Under the pieces are notes generated by a model, which was given only the letters and a program-made list of their open reading frames with translations, made no database searches and was not told the origin of the DNA. Of a DNA stretch of 64,000 nucleotides, positions 1 through 8,738 are shown in pieces. The stretch spans positions 1 to 64,000 of the IMG/VR virus record IMGVR_UViG_3300035454_001303. One strand, 5' to 3'. The stretch is from a virus (taxonomy: Duplodnaviria > Caudoviricetes). The position numbers and the translations under genes are program-made. Within the stretch, counting starts at the first letter, position 1, and the number at the start of each line of letters is the position of its first letter.

Positions 1-116
1 GTGTGATAAATAACCAAAATCAAATGGGACACAAATGAATGTAGGTATATTTTTAGGTGTAGGCTGGAAATTGATAATTATTAATGAGCAATGATTGCAG
101 CCAATTACGCTTATTT

Positions 117-139
117 TTCAATCCCAGTACCGCCTACCA
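117..139 (+). other. att core = 3' end of a tRNA (T-loop to CCA), probably tRNA-Val-like
   Basis: TTCAATC-CCAGT-ACCGCCT-A-CCA parses as T-loop, 3' T-stem, acceptor strand, discriminator and CCA. No 5' tRNA half upstream. Lies 200 bp before the integrase. The isotype is inferred. Confidence 0.7.
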
Positions 140-168
140 TTTGACAATTCAGCAAGTTTCAATAAAGC

Positions 169-198
169 AAAAAACCCGTTAGAAATAGCGGGTTTTTT
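169..198 (+). terminator. Intrinsic terminator (bidirectional-type hairpin)
   Basis: AAAAAACCCG...CGGGTTTTTT inverted repeat just after the tRNA-like core. Confidence 0.7.
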
Positions 199-342
199 GT
201 TGTCTGACGTTCAACGAATATCAATAAGAATTGACTAAAGCCAAGTTTTTTGAGTATAGGATACGTCACAAGATATACCAATGGGCGTTAAAATATACTA
301 ACGCATTTCCCAAAGATATACCAAAAGCCGAAAGGAGGCGCC

Positions 343-1551
343 ATGCCAAGACAGGTTGTGCCATTGACAGATATGAAAGTGCAAAGATCAAAGCCCAAAG
401 ATAAGCCTTATAGTATATTTGATGGCGGAGGGTTATATATCCACATTTTGCCTGCGGGCGGCAAGTTGTGGCGATTTAAATATCGGTTCGATGGCAAAGA
501 AAGACTAATATCTTTCGGAAAATATCCAGAGGTTAGCCTTTCGGATGCAAGAAGAAAAAAGGATGAATCCAGGAAGCTGATTTCTGATGGCATTGATCCC
601 TCTACGGCAAGGAAAGCGCAGAAAGAGACGGCCATGAAGGATGCTGACACATTTGAGGCGATAGCGCGTGAATGGTATAAAAAGTTTCTCCATACATGGA
701 TTCCCGGATATTACTTAAGGATCATTTCTTCGCTGGAACGTGATGTTTTTCCAGATATCGGACAGAGGCCAATCAGGGAAATATTGGCCCCCGATCTACT
801 TTCTGTTCTTCGCAAGATAGAAGAACGGGGAGCCATTGATACCGCCCATAGAGTCAAAGCTTTTTGTGGGCGAATATTTCGATATGCAATCGCCACGGGC
901 CGGGCCGACCGTGACCCCTCCGGGGATCTCAGGGGTGCAATACCTCCGCCCGCGCCTGGGCACATGGCCGCCATAACCGATCCAGAGCGCGTCGCTGAAT
1001 TATTAAGGGCAATTGATAGTTACGGCGGTAGCTTCCCGGTTCTGTGTGCCCTTAAACTTGCGCCGATGCTCTTTGTCCGCCCCGGAGAATTGAGAAAGGC
1101 GGAATGGGTAGAAATCAACCTCGATGAAGCCGTTTGGAACATCCCAGCGGAAAAGATGAAAATGAGGTCCGCTCACCTTGTTCCTCTGCCAAAGCAAGCC
1201 GTTGACATACTGAGAGAGCTTTATAGATACACAGGGGGAAGCATATATTGCTTCCCTTCCGCGAGGTCATTTAATCGGCCCATGTCAGATAATGCTGTTT
1301 TGGCGGCACTGCGACGTATGGACTATGCAAAAGACGAGATGTCCGGGCATGGGTTTCGGGCGATGGCGAGGACGATTCTCGATGAAGTGCTGGGGGTTAG
1401 ACCGGATATTATTGAGCATCAATTAGCTCATCAAGTAAAAGACCCATTGGGCAGGGCGTACAACCGGACGAAATTTCTGGATGAACGCCGAAAGATGATG
1501 CAACAATGGGCCGATTATCTTGATGGGCTGAAGGTTGATAAAGATCATTAA
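343..1551 (+). CDS. int: P4-family tyrosine integrase with N-terminal arm-binding domain
   Basis: N-term DGGGLY...GKLWRFKYRFDGKE; catalytic residues in FVRPGE, HGFR and HQLAH...AYNR. Confidence 0.95.
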   Translation: MPRQVVPLTDMKVQRSKPKDKPYSIFDGGGLYIHILPAGGKLWRFKYRFDGKERLISFGKYPEVSLSDARRKKDESRKLISDGIDPSTARKAQKETAMKDADTFEAIAREWYKKFLHTWIPGYYLRIISSLERDVFPDIGQRPIREILAPDLLSVLRKIEERGAIDTAHRVKAFCGRIFRYAIATGRADRDPSGDLRGAIPPPAPGHMAAITDPERVAELLRAIDSYGGSFPVLCALKLAPMLFVRPGELRKAEWVEINLDEAVWNIPAEKMKMRSAHLVPLPKQAVDILRELYRYTGGSIYCFPSARSFNRPMSDNAVLAALRRMDYAKDEMSGHGFRAMARTILDEVLGVRPDIIEHQLAHQVKDPLGRAYNRTKFLDERRKMMQQWADYLDGLKVDKDH

Positions 1552-1790
1552 GATTGTTCAACTAATCTTCTGATGTCAGACACTTTCCATGCGACTGTTC
1601 TCTCTCCAAGTCTAACCGGCTTTGGGAATTTTCCCGATTTAACCCCATTAAGGAAGCTCGTTTTTGAAATCGGAATTATGGCCGGGATAGCCGGAATATT
1701 CTTTTGGGGATCTGCCTTTCTGCCAATTATTTGAATTAGTCTCAAAAATCCATCAATCGGCAATTCTTTCATTTCTTGTAAATTGTTCAC
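1548..1790 (-). CDS. AlpA-family excisionase/regulator
   Basis: FLRLIQII...ISKTSFLNGVKSGKFPKPVRLGERTVAWKVSDI; convergent with int; probable GTG start after GGGAGG. Confidence 0.85.
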   Translation of the reverse strand: MNNLQEMKELPIDGFLRLIQIIGRKADPQKNIPAIPAIIPISKTSFLNGVKSGKFPKPVRLGERTVAWKVSDIRRLVEQS

Positions 1791-1794
1791 TACA

Positions 1795-2679
1795 TTATCC
1801 TCCCGTAACGATCTTTGAAAGGGTCTCATATTTGGATGTCAAGGCGCTCAGGCTTGGTGCTACGGTCACGCAAACATACCCGGATGTGAATAGCTGGGAC
1901 GAAGACGAAGGGGCTCCCGTTTCATTACGCAGGCGGTGCAGGTATGTTCCTTCGCCAGGGGCGAGAACGATCCGGTAAACTCCTGTTTCCTGCATTTGCT
2001 TGACCATATTCTTTGTGGCCGACAGTCCCTTATTTATTGCCGATGCAGCCCGCCCTGACTGATTCACGGTCGCAAGAAGGGATTTTGTGGACTTGGAAAG
2101 CTTATTTGTGGCCTTTGCAACCCCTTCCGCGTATCCTCCGAACACGTCTTTGAGCGACGCCGTTTTCCATTCATCGGTCGTGAACAGCTCAGACCAATCA
2201 ATGGCGGCAATTGACTCTTCATCGATCTCGGATAGGTCTTCAGGTTCCTCTTCGGGCTCAAAATCGCTGAAATCGAACGGATTGACGATATTAGAGGCAT
2301 CGGCCATCGGCTTCTTCACTGCATCCAAGATGCCCTGATAGGATCGCGTGACTGTCGAAAGGTCTGGCGCCACGGTGATCACCGCCGTACCACAACAATA
2401 ATTCAGATTTGGGGGGGCGTTCGGCGCCGACGAAAGACGTGATGACCATGACCCCTTCTTCGGAGAGAGGGTTATCATATAGAATCCCGAATCCATGAGT
2501 TTGTCCAGGGTCCCCTTGCTTGACGATACAATGCTTGCGGCCCGGGTCATATTGTCTCGAATCTGGTTAACTTGGTTGTTGAGCTTGTTAAGGCCACTTT
2601 GGACTTGGGAAATGGCCTCGTTTGCCTTTGATGCGATCCCCCCCATTGATTCAGCGAGATTAGTTGTTTGCCAAGGCAT
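1795..2679 (-). CDS. Hypothetical protein with internal tandem duplication
   Basis: Two similar halves (WQTTNL/WKTASL; GFYMITLSP/GVYRIVLAP; AVITVAPDL/VCVTVAPSL) joined by an acidic linker. Confidence 0.6.
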   Translation of the reverse strand: MPWQTTNLAESMGGIASKANEAISQVQSGLNKLNNQVNQIRDNMTRAASIVSSSKGTLDKLMDSGFYMITLSPKKGSWSSRLSSAPNAPPNLNYCCGTAVITVAPDLSTVTRSYQGILDAVKKPMADASNIVNPFDFSDFEPEEEPEDLSEIDEESIAAIDWSELFTTDEWKTASLKDVFGGYAEGVAKATNKLSKSTKSLLATVNQSGRAASAINKGLSATKNMVKQMQETGVYRIVLAPGEGTYLHRLRNETGAPSSSSQLFTSGYVCVTVAPSLSALTSKYETLSKIVTGG

Positions 2680-2691
2680 ATGATCTCCTTC

Positions 2692-3555
2692 CTACAGTAG
2701 GCACGCCTGTTCCATTGGCTCACGGAACGGGTATCTGTCAAAACTTTCGTACTTGATATGTTCATACCATCGTAAATGATTGTAGTATTGCATCATCTTC
2801 CTCAATTCGGCCTCGGTCCACCCTTTGGCAACATGAGAATTCTTGACAAGAGCATCAAGAGGCTGGAACCTCATGGCGTTTGGCCGAATTCCCCAAGATC
2901 TGACCAACTCAAGGCGGCCACGGGCATCATCTGGAGAATCATCGAACCCAATAAGGCAATAGACGCCGATGTCGTTCAGTCCTTGGCTTTTGCACAGCTC
3001 AATAGCATCATGAACAGACGTTTCCTCTGCCCATGAATCAAATGCGAATCGGATCTTGACCGCCTTCAATTCACAGAGGTCACTGACGTGGTAGATTGTG
3101 AGTCGGCGCGCTTCCAATCCTTGATTGAAGTCGGCATATGGAAACTTTTTCAAAGAGCGAATCACTTGACTGAAATGCGTCCTAGTGCCAGCAAGGATAT
3201 TGTTGTCGCAGACCACCGGGGCGGGCTTCCATTTGTCAAACTGTTTGAACTCGCCTTCGATCTTCGGTACCGCACAGAACTCACAACCGTTCGGGCATCC
3301 TCTCGATGTGAATGTGGCCAGTGGGTTATGGAAGGCCAGAACATCGAAAGGAACGGCTTCAGGCGTCTCGGCAAAAGAAAGGTCAAAGCATCCATTCTTC
3401 TTTGCTAATACGACGGCAGGTCCACCAGCGACAACCTTGCCTTTATGGGCAGCGGCCATCTCTTTGGCCTTGGGAAGCATCCATGTGAATGGAATGCTCA
3501 AATAGAGGATAGTCCCGACATTCCATGACGCTATGTCTTTTCGCCACTGATTCAT
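2692..3555 (-). CDS. Radical SAM protein
   Basis: TSRGCPNGCEFCAV CxxxCxxC motif, DNNI and DFNQGL motifs; stop/start overlap with the upstream methyltransferase. Confidence 0.85.
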   Translation of the reverse strand: MNQWRKDIASWNVGTILYLSIPFTWMLPKAKEMAAAHKGKVVAGGPAVVLAKKNGCFDLSFAETPEAVPFDVLAFHNPLATFTSRGCPNGCEFCAVPKIEGEFKQFDKWKPAPVVCDNNILAGTRTHFSQVIRSLKKFPYADFNQGLEARRLTIYHVSDLCELKAVKIRFAFDSWAEETSVHDAIELCKSQGLNDIGVYCLIGFDDSPDDARGRLELVRSWGIRPNAMRFQPLDALVKNSHVAKGWTEAELRKMMQYYNHLRWYEHIKYESFDRYPFREPMEQACLL

Positions 3556-5141
3556 TGCTTTGCCGCCAGTAGAGATCTGCAGAGCGCCGTTGCGGTTCTG
3601 ACTGGAACGGCGTTACCGATTTGCTTTATCTTGTCGCCTTTATTCCCCGAGAACTGATATTTTGGATCGAATGACATTGCAGCAGCCAACTCGTGGGGTT
3701 GAAGCATACGAAACCGGATGTCATAAACGGTCTCTCCGTCTGAACATGGCTCTACGAGAGCGAATCTGTCTTTTGTTGTGATCGTGTTAAGTGGAGCATC
3801 TACGCTTTGCCCGATGGATCGGCCTTGATAATGAGAAATGAAGGGCTCGCAAAGGCAAAGATGGGGATTCGTTGTTATCGTCGGTACCGGGCTGTCGATG
3901 TCTCTGGTTTTGCTCTGCCCCTTCATAATAGTAATGAAAGGTTCCACGAGAGCATAGCGGTTCGAGGTGTCGAGAGTCGGCAAAGGTTTGTCAACCTCAT
4001 GTGTTCTTTGCTCTCCATCGCTTTTGCCTTGATGATTTCCGTGATAACGGATCATAAATGGTTCAACTAACGCCATCTCTCCGCGATGCGCACACGTGAT
4101 TGTCGGGATCGGCTTATCAACATCGTGGACGCGATCTCCGCCAGCGTGATTCGTGTGAATCAGGAAAGGCTCTACCAGAGCAATGGCTCCAGCCGTGCAT
4201 ATAGTGGGAAGGGGTTCGTCAACGCTTCTCGGTGCAGCGCAAGACTGTTGGCCCAACACAAATGGTTCGCACAACCCAATATGATTCCCTCCCGCCGTAA
4301 TGGTTGGCATGGGCCTATCCAAAGACCGTGCATCGTTTGATCCGTACATCATCACAAGGAACGGCTCAGCGTTCTTTCCGCCGTACTTCCGAAGACCAGC
4401 GGCGATCCGCGCCATTGTCGCCGGCGCGAGGGCCTTCTTGCGTTTGAAAATACTTTCGCCTGGTAGATCCCAGTCGATGATCTCGCGGGCTGTTCGGTAT
4501 GGCCTGAGTTCATCACCGAAAAGATTCGGACCCACGGTTTCCGCAAAGGCCGCTTTTGGCCAAACGATCTTTTTGTGGCCACGTCTGGCCATGATGAAGA
4601 GGCGATGTCTCGAGGTCGGATCCCCATAATCTGCCGCATTCAATATGCGGTCCTCAACGGTGTAATTCAGGGATCTTAATGCGGACAAGAAAGCCTGATA
4701 CGTCTCTCCTTTGCGGCTTTTAATTGGCTTTCCGTTAGAGCCGGTCGGCCCCCAGTCGCGAAACTCACGAACGTTCTCAACCAGGATATTTTCGATGTTT
4801 AGCAATTCAATCCATCGCAGAAGATGCCATGCGGATGCTCGCAATTGATCGTTGACAGGCTTTCCGCCACGGGCAACGGAATGATGGGTGCATTCAGGGG
4901 AAGCAACCATGATGTCCAGGCGTCCGGACGGGACGGCTATTCGTGGATCAATGCTTTCCAGGGTTGCGCAGATGTGCCGTGCATCCGGATGGTTCGTTTT
5001 GTGGGTCTCAATGGCCCTTGCCCAATGATTTATGGCCACCAGGTCAAGACTGGCTCCCATGTGAGCGCAGGCATGGTAAAGTCCGGACGATGTCCCTCCC
5101 GCTCCGCAAAAGAGGTCTGCCGCTTGGATAAGCCTACCCAT
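3552..5141 (-). CDS. Orphan DNA cytosine-C5 methyltransferase
   Basis: DLFCGAGG, ASPECTH, ENV, RHRLF and QIGNAVP motifs; six internal repeats of type xxD.P.PTIT...LVEPF. Confidence 0.93.
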   Translation of the reverse strand: MGRLIQAADLFCGAGGTSSGLYHACAHMGASLDLVAINHWARAIETHKTNHPDARHICATLESIDPRIAVPSGRLDIMVASPECTHHSVARGGKPVNDQLRASAWHLLRWIELLNIENILVENVREFRDWGPTGSNGKPIKSRKGETYQAFLSALRSLNYTVEDRILNAADYGDPTSRHRLFIMARRGHKKIVWPKAAFAETVGPNLFGDELRPYRTAREIIDWDLPGESIFKRKKALAPATMARIAAGLRKYGGKNAEPFLVMMYGSNDARSLDRPMPTITAGGNHIGLCEPFVLGQQSCAAPRSVDEPLPTICTAGAIALVEPFLIHTNHAGGDRVHDVDKPIPTITCAHRGEMALVEPFMIRYHGNHQGKSDGEQRTHEVDKPLPTLDTSNRYALVEPFITIMKGQSKTRDIDSPVPTITTNPHLCLCEPFISHYQGRSIGQSVDAPLNTITTKDRFALVEPCSDGETVYDIRFRMLQPHELAAAMSFDPKYQFSGNKGDKIKQIGNAVPVRTATALCRSLLAAKQ

Positions 5142-5550
5142 TTATGACCTCCTTTATGAACTCATCGGGTACGTTGAAAAATCCCTGGCTCCCTTTGTAG
5201 GGGATGGGCTCATCGAAGGCTTTAAAGGAGTCGGTTATCCAGGCATATCGGCCATAAGAATAGTCTCCATAGAGACGTTCAAGGGCTGACACGCCTTGAA
5301 CGATATCTTCTGTCCTTTTAACGTCCACGAGGTTCACGATACCAACGATGGCCATGAGCGGAAGTCTCGCCGGCAACCTTCCGAGCGCCCGCTCGGTCAT
5401 TGCGAAATCCCTGGCCGTGGCTGGGAACGCTTTGGCGGCATGGATCAGCAATTGACCTCGATAGTTTGTTGACCAAGACCGTGTTTCATTCTTTTTTATC
5501 CCAGCGACCATTGCATAGGCCCACGGTTGCCACAGTGATATTGCTTTCAT
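5134..5550 (-). CDS. ASCH domain protein
   Basis: MKAISLWQPWA...GIKKNETRSWSTNYRGQLLIHAAK...GSQGFFNV. Confidence 0.9.
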   Translation of the reverse strand: MKAISLWQPWAYAMVAGIKKNETRSWSTNYRGQLLIHAAKAFPATARDFAMTERALGRLPARLPLMAIVGIVNLVDVKRTEDIVQGVSALERLYGDYSYGRYAWITDSFKAFDEPIPYKGSQGFFNVPDEFIKEVING

Positions 5551-5551
5551 T

Positions 5552-6319
5552 CTATTTTCCCTCCCTGGCAGGATTCACGTATGGGAAAACAACGTCGGCT
5601 CTTCGATCTCTTCCCAGTGCGCTCAGTCTTCCCTGTATCCATGTGAACCATTGGCGGTGAGTGGCTGCCAGGGGAATGAACCGGGTGTCCGCCGCGATTC
5701 GCCGATACTCGAAAAGCTCTCCGCTTGCCCATGCCCTTGGAAGGTATGTCCAGGACCGCTCAAATAAGATGCTCAGCTTGTCTGCCCAACAAAGGATAGA
5801 CGGTTCTTGGCCTGCATTTCTGGCATAGTGACGGGAATGGTAAAGGCAGAGGTCGTGATATTTCGGCCCAAACATCCGTCCCGCTATCTTGGCTCCCAGC
5901 TCGGGGTGCCGTTCGCCATCTTCATCGTCCATGTTCGCTTTGCCCCAGTACCCCCAGTCGTGAACGGCGATGCAGACGGTCTCACGCCACGACGGAAGGG
6001 AGCGGTAGAGCCAGACCCATGCCGCATAGACGGTGAGGGGATGAATGAAGAATTGATGCACGCCGAAGAGAAGGCTTTTCGTGCCCGTTTTCAGTATCCG
6101 GACCGAGGGGATATTTCGATGCAACCACAATCCCCTCGCGTGATTCAGGGTGAACCATATGCTGACGAGAAATACGCCCCATTGCCCATCGGAGAAGGAT
6201 GCGAAGAACCAGAACGGCTGTCCACAAAGACCGGCGATGAATCCCAGCCGGTATCGTTTCCCGGAAAGAGCCCATATCGAAAATCCAGAAAAGAAAACTA
6301 TCGCCGCTTGAACTATCAT
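5552..6319 (-). CDS. Fusion of a PnuC-like membrane hairpin and an HD-like domain
   Basis: Hydrophobic N-term (GFIAGLCGQPFWFF...QWGVFLVSIWF), then KTGTKSLLFGVHQF...HDWGYW...HPELGA...HSRH. Confidence 0.55.
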   Translation of the reverse strand: MIVQAAIVFFSGFSIWALSGKRYRLGFIAGLCGQPFWFFASFSDGQWGVFLVSIWFTLNHARGLWLHRNIPSVRILKTGTKSLLFGVHQFFIHPLTVYAAWVWLYRSLPSWRETVCIAVHDWGYWGKANMDDEDGERHPELGAKIAGRMFGPKYHDLCLYHSRHYARNAGQEPSILCWADKLSILFERSWTYLPRAWASGELFEYRRIAADTRFIPLAATHRQWFTWIQGRLSALGRDRRADVVFPYVNPAREGK

Positions 6320-6759
6320 CGCTCATTCCCCTTGAATTCCCAAGAACTTGAACTTGTTTTCGTCCATCCCTCCAGAAGCATCCCTTCTTCCCTGAGTGTC
6401 TTCATGAGGTCGTAAAGTTTTGGGCACTTCCCGGAAGGACGTTCCTCTTCGTAGAGGCGCTCAAGCTCATCCCATCGGTCTGCCATCGGTTTCCATTTTG
6501 GGAATATCTCTCCCATTCTGGCGATCCCGCTTCGCCAGTCCGGGAAGAGTTTTAAAAGGCGATGGCAACGCCCAAAATCGGCAGGGTCAAAGGGGATGTC
6601 ATAGGTCAGGTCAAGGGTTCGACTTGCGAATCCGCATCGCTGTCCCGGAGCTATCGCCACCCCCATCATGACAGCCCATATCGTCTTGGATGAAACGCCC
6701 GTGTCGCTACTCAATATCCATTCATTCGGGTTCATATTACAGGCCATCCTCGTTTTCAT
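6316..6759 (-). CDS. Phage hypothetical protein
   Basis: Coupled ORF in the operon; DTGVSSKTI...PFDPADFGRC motif recalled from phage accessory proteins. Confidence 0.6.
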   Translation of the reverse strand: MKTRMACNMNPNEWILSSDTGVSSKTIWAVMMGVAIAPGQRCGFASRTLDLTYDIPFDPADFGRCHRLLKLFPDWRSGIARMGEIFPKWKPMADRWDELERLYEEERPSGKCPKLYDLMKTLREEGMLLEGWTKTSSSSWEFKGNER

Positions 6760-7051
6760 AGGCTGGCTCAGGAAGAGCCATTTTATCCTTCAGCATGTCC
6801 TTCACTGTCCATTGGTCCATAGGGACCGGCTTGTAGTATTCCGCAGCGGCAATCGCTGTTTCTTCATCGGTGATCGTGATCGAGTAGATCGCGCCGGGGC
6901 CGAAGAGCTTTGTGAAGGGTTTCTGTTCCCCAATCGCGGGCACGTCCACGCGCACGAAAGACGACCCACCTACCTGTTGTTCCGAGATCTTTCCGGCTAT
7001 TCTCTGATGTCCGAAGAGGTCAATGATTGCCCATTCCTCAAATTTTTCCAT
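6737..7051 (-). CDS. Phage hypothetical protein
   Basis: WAIIDLFGHQRIAG...FVRVDVP...GAIYSIT; recurrent prophage family of unknown function. Confidence 0.65.
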   Translation of the reverse strand: MEKFEEWAIIDLFGHQRIAGKISEQQVGGSSFVRVDVPAIGEQKPFTKLFGPGAIYSITITDEETAIAAAEYYKPVPMDQWTVKDMLKDKMALPEPAYENEDGL

Positions 7052-7076
7052 GATTGCGCCGTCCTTTCCGTGCGGT

Positions 7077-7640
7077 CTATTTCTTGCTGTTGATCCACTT
7101 ATTGATCTGCTCGAACATATCCAGGCTGTGATAGCAGTCCATCGGCCATTTCATCGCGTCGCTTCCGTCATACCAATGGCCGGTGTAGGGATTCGCCTTG
7201 CCATCCTCAAACCAATCAGGATGTTCCTCTTTGGCTTTCTTCAGCCATTCCTCCCTTTGCGGGTTCCTGGTACAGAAGCAGCACGGACGCTCTCCGGATG
7301 GTTGTCCGGGGAAGGGATGAGCCGCCGACGAATGGCAGCATCCGAAGCAAAATAGCGGATTCTCGTTTTCGGTCTGATGATGCTCCTCTGCCTCTGCTCG
7401 CTGAGGAACCCTCTCTTCTTTGCTCCCTGACGCGTCCAGAGGCCACAGAACGGAGTCTTCAAATTCATTGCTTTTAACTATGTCTATGATCGATTGCGAT
7501 GCGGGAAACGTCTTGTGGTGCCATCCCTGCACGCCAAGAGGACAGTCCCCATGCGCCTCGATAAAAACGTAAACCTGGGTAAGTTCGTCCTCAATTACGA
7601 ACCTCACTTCTTTGTATTCCATGCTCGCCTTGCCCATCAC
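7077..7640 (-). CDS. Hypothetical protein with Cys/His-rich segment
   Basis: In operon orientation; CFGCCH...CCFC. Confidence 0.45.
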   Translation of the reverse strand: MMGKASMEYKEVRFVIEDELTQVYVFIEAHGDCPLGVQGWHHKTFPASQSIIDIVKSNEFEDSVLWPLDASGSKEERVPQRAEAEEHHQTENENPLFCFGCCHSSAAHPFPGQPSGERPCCFCTRNPQREEWLKKAKEEHPDWFEDGKANPYTGHWYDGSDAMKWPMDCYHSLDMFEQINKWINSKK

Positions 7641-7665
7641 ATCCCCCTGATTTTAAGAATTTCCA

Positions 7666-7723
7666 AAGGGGGCGGGCTGTCGCCCGCCCCACAGATTTAC
7701 AGACTACGCTCAACCGATATAGG
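7666..7723 (-). promoter_or_regulatory. DGR IMH plus GC-rich hairpin of the distal target
   Basis: 58 bp identical to 57591-57648, including GGGGCGGGC-GACA-GCCCGCCCC. Confidence 0.9.
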
Positions 7724-8693
7724 CGAGGCGGAACCCGAGGGCCGTGTACACGCCCGTGCGCGCGCTGCCGAGGTCCAACGCAGCGACCCCGGCACTGGCA
7801 CCGCCGCCCCAGTACCCAAAGCGGATCGGAACGCAAGTGGCGCGGGCGGAGTTATCGGCCCACATATACCCGAGTGGTTCGGGGTGATCGTCTTTCTTTG
7901 TCAGCGAACTGGGGGCGATAAGGGCTTGCCGCAAGGAGACGGGAACGCCATATCCTGCCTTGATCGATACATCCTTAAAGGACTGTGAAAGCCAGTCGCG
8001 CCGCGTGATTTCATCTGAGATTTGAATTCCGTCAACGCCATCGATCCTTGCCCCTGTGTCGGGCCAATTCTTTTCGGGCAGCGTGAAGTCGTTGTCGGAA
8101 GGCATGACGATCTTTCCGCCCACGAGCTTCAGGCCGTCCTGATGCTCCCAAATATTCCCCACCAGGTCAGCGACGCCGGCGATGGTTCCGTCATGACGCC
8201 ATGAGAGCGGCCCCGATCCGGTCATGGTTTTGCCGTATTCGCACACCATTCCCTTTTCTTCGGGGCACGAGTGCGACTTCCCGTAATCGGTGTTCCCCCT
8301 AGGGAGTCCGTTTTTCATGCACCACAAGGCAAGGGCCGCAGATTCCCAGTTGGTCATCATGTGAAAATTGGGACCGCAGGCGAGACATGTCTTGATTGCG
8401 TCATCGTGATTGATCGAGGCGCGCGGGTTTTGATAGGGGAGCGAAAGGGCTTGGCCGTCTTGAACGATGGATAGGTACGTGCCGATCATCATCTCCGTGA
8501 CTTCTCTTCCGCCTACGATGAAGGCCGGGTGAAGACCGGTTCCAAGGTCTTCGGCAATATCTTCGCATCTAAAGGCCGGGATGATGGTCATGAAGGTTGG
8601 CAAGCCCTTTTCCGTATAAAGGACGGTGCATTTTCCTTCCGTGGCCGCTTCGACTGATTTCCGCAGTGGATCAGGTGTCAAAATTGTTGTCAT
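7710..8693 (-). CDS. Distal DGR target protein, CLec/FGE-sulfatase-like fold; paralog of 56588..57604
   Basis: DPLRKSVEAATEG..., HPAFIVGG, SGPLSWRHDGT, GNIWE; C-terminal VR ending LGFRLAYIG, the same as the tail target. Confidence 0.9.
   Translation of the reverse strand: MTTILTPDPLRKSVEAATEGKCTVLYTEKGLPTFMTIIPAFRCEDIAEDLGTGLHPAFIVGGREVTEMMIGTYLSIVQDGQALSLPYQNPRASINHDDAIKTCLACGPNFHMMTNWESAALALWCMKNGLPRGNTDYGKSHSCPEEKGMVCEYGKTMTGSGPLSWRHDGTIAGVADLVGNIWEHQDGLKLVGGKIVMPSDNDFTLPEKNWPDTGARIDGVDGIQISDEITRRDWLSQSFKDVSIKAGYGVPVSLRQALIAPSSLTKKDDHPEPLGYMWADNSARATCVPIRFGYWGGGASAGVAALDLGSARTGVYTALGFRLAYIG
7724..7834 (-). repeat. DGR variable repeat VR2
   Basis: Hand alignment to TR 58053-58163: 111 nt, 16 mismatches, all at TR adenines. 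Confidence 0.95.
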
Positions 8694-8738
8694 AACTCTC
8701 TCCTTTTTCTGTAAAATGACGGTAAAATATGCCTCAAA

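Larger units (their letters stand above)
40..324. repeat. Integrase arm-type binding sites flanking the att core
   Basis: TGTAGGTATA (40-49) and a degenerate copy (52-61) lie left of the core. In the opposite orientation, GATATACCAA (272-281, 315-324) and AATATACTAA (292-301) lie to its right. Confidence 0.55.

Noticed and set aside
117-139. Complete tRNA gene at the left end
   Set aside because: Only the T-loop to CCA is present; the upstream sequence cannot form D or anticodon arms.
5547-5732. 61-aa ORF bridging to the ASCH gene
   Set aside because: It overlaps the better-supported 5552..6319 ORF in another frame.
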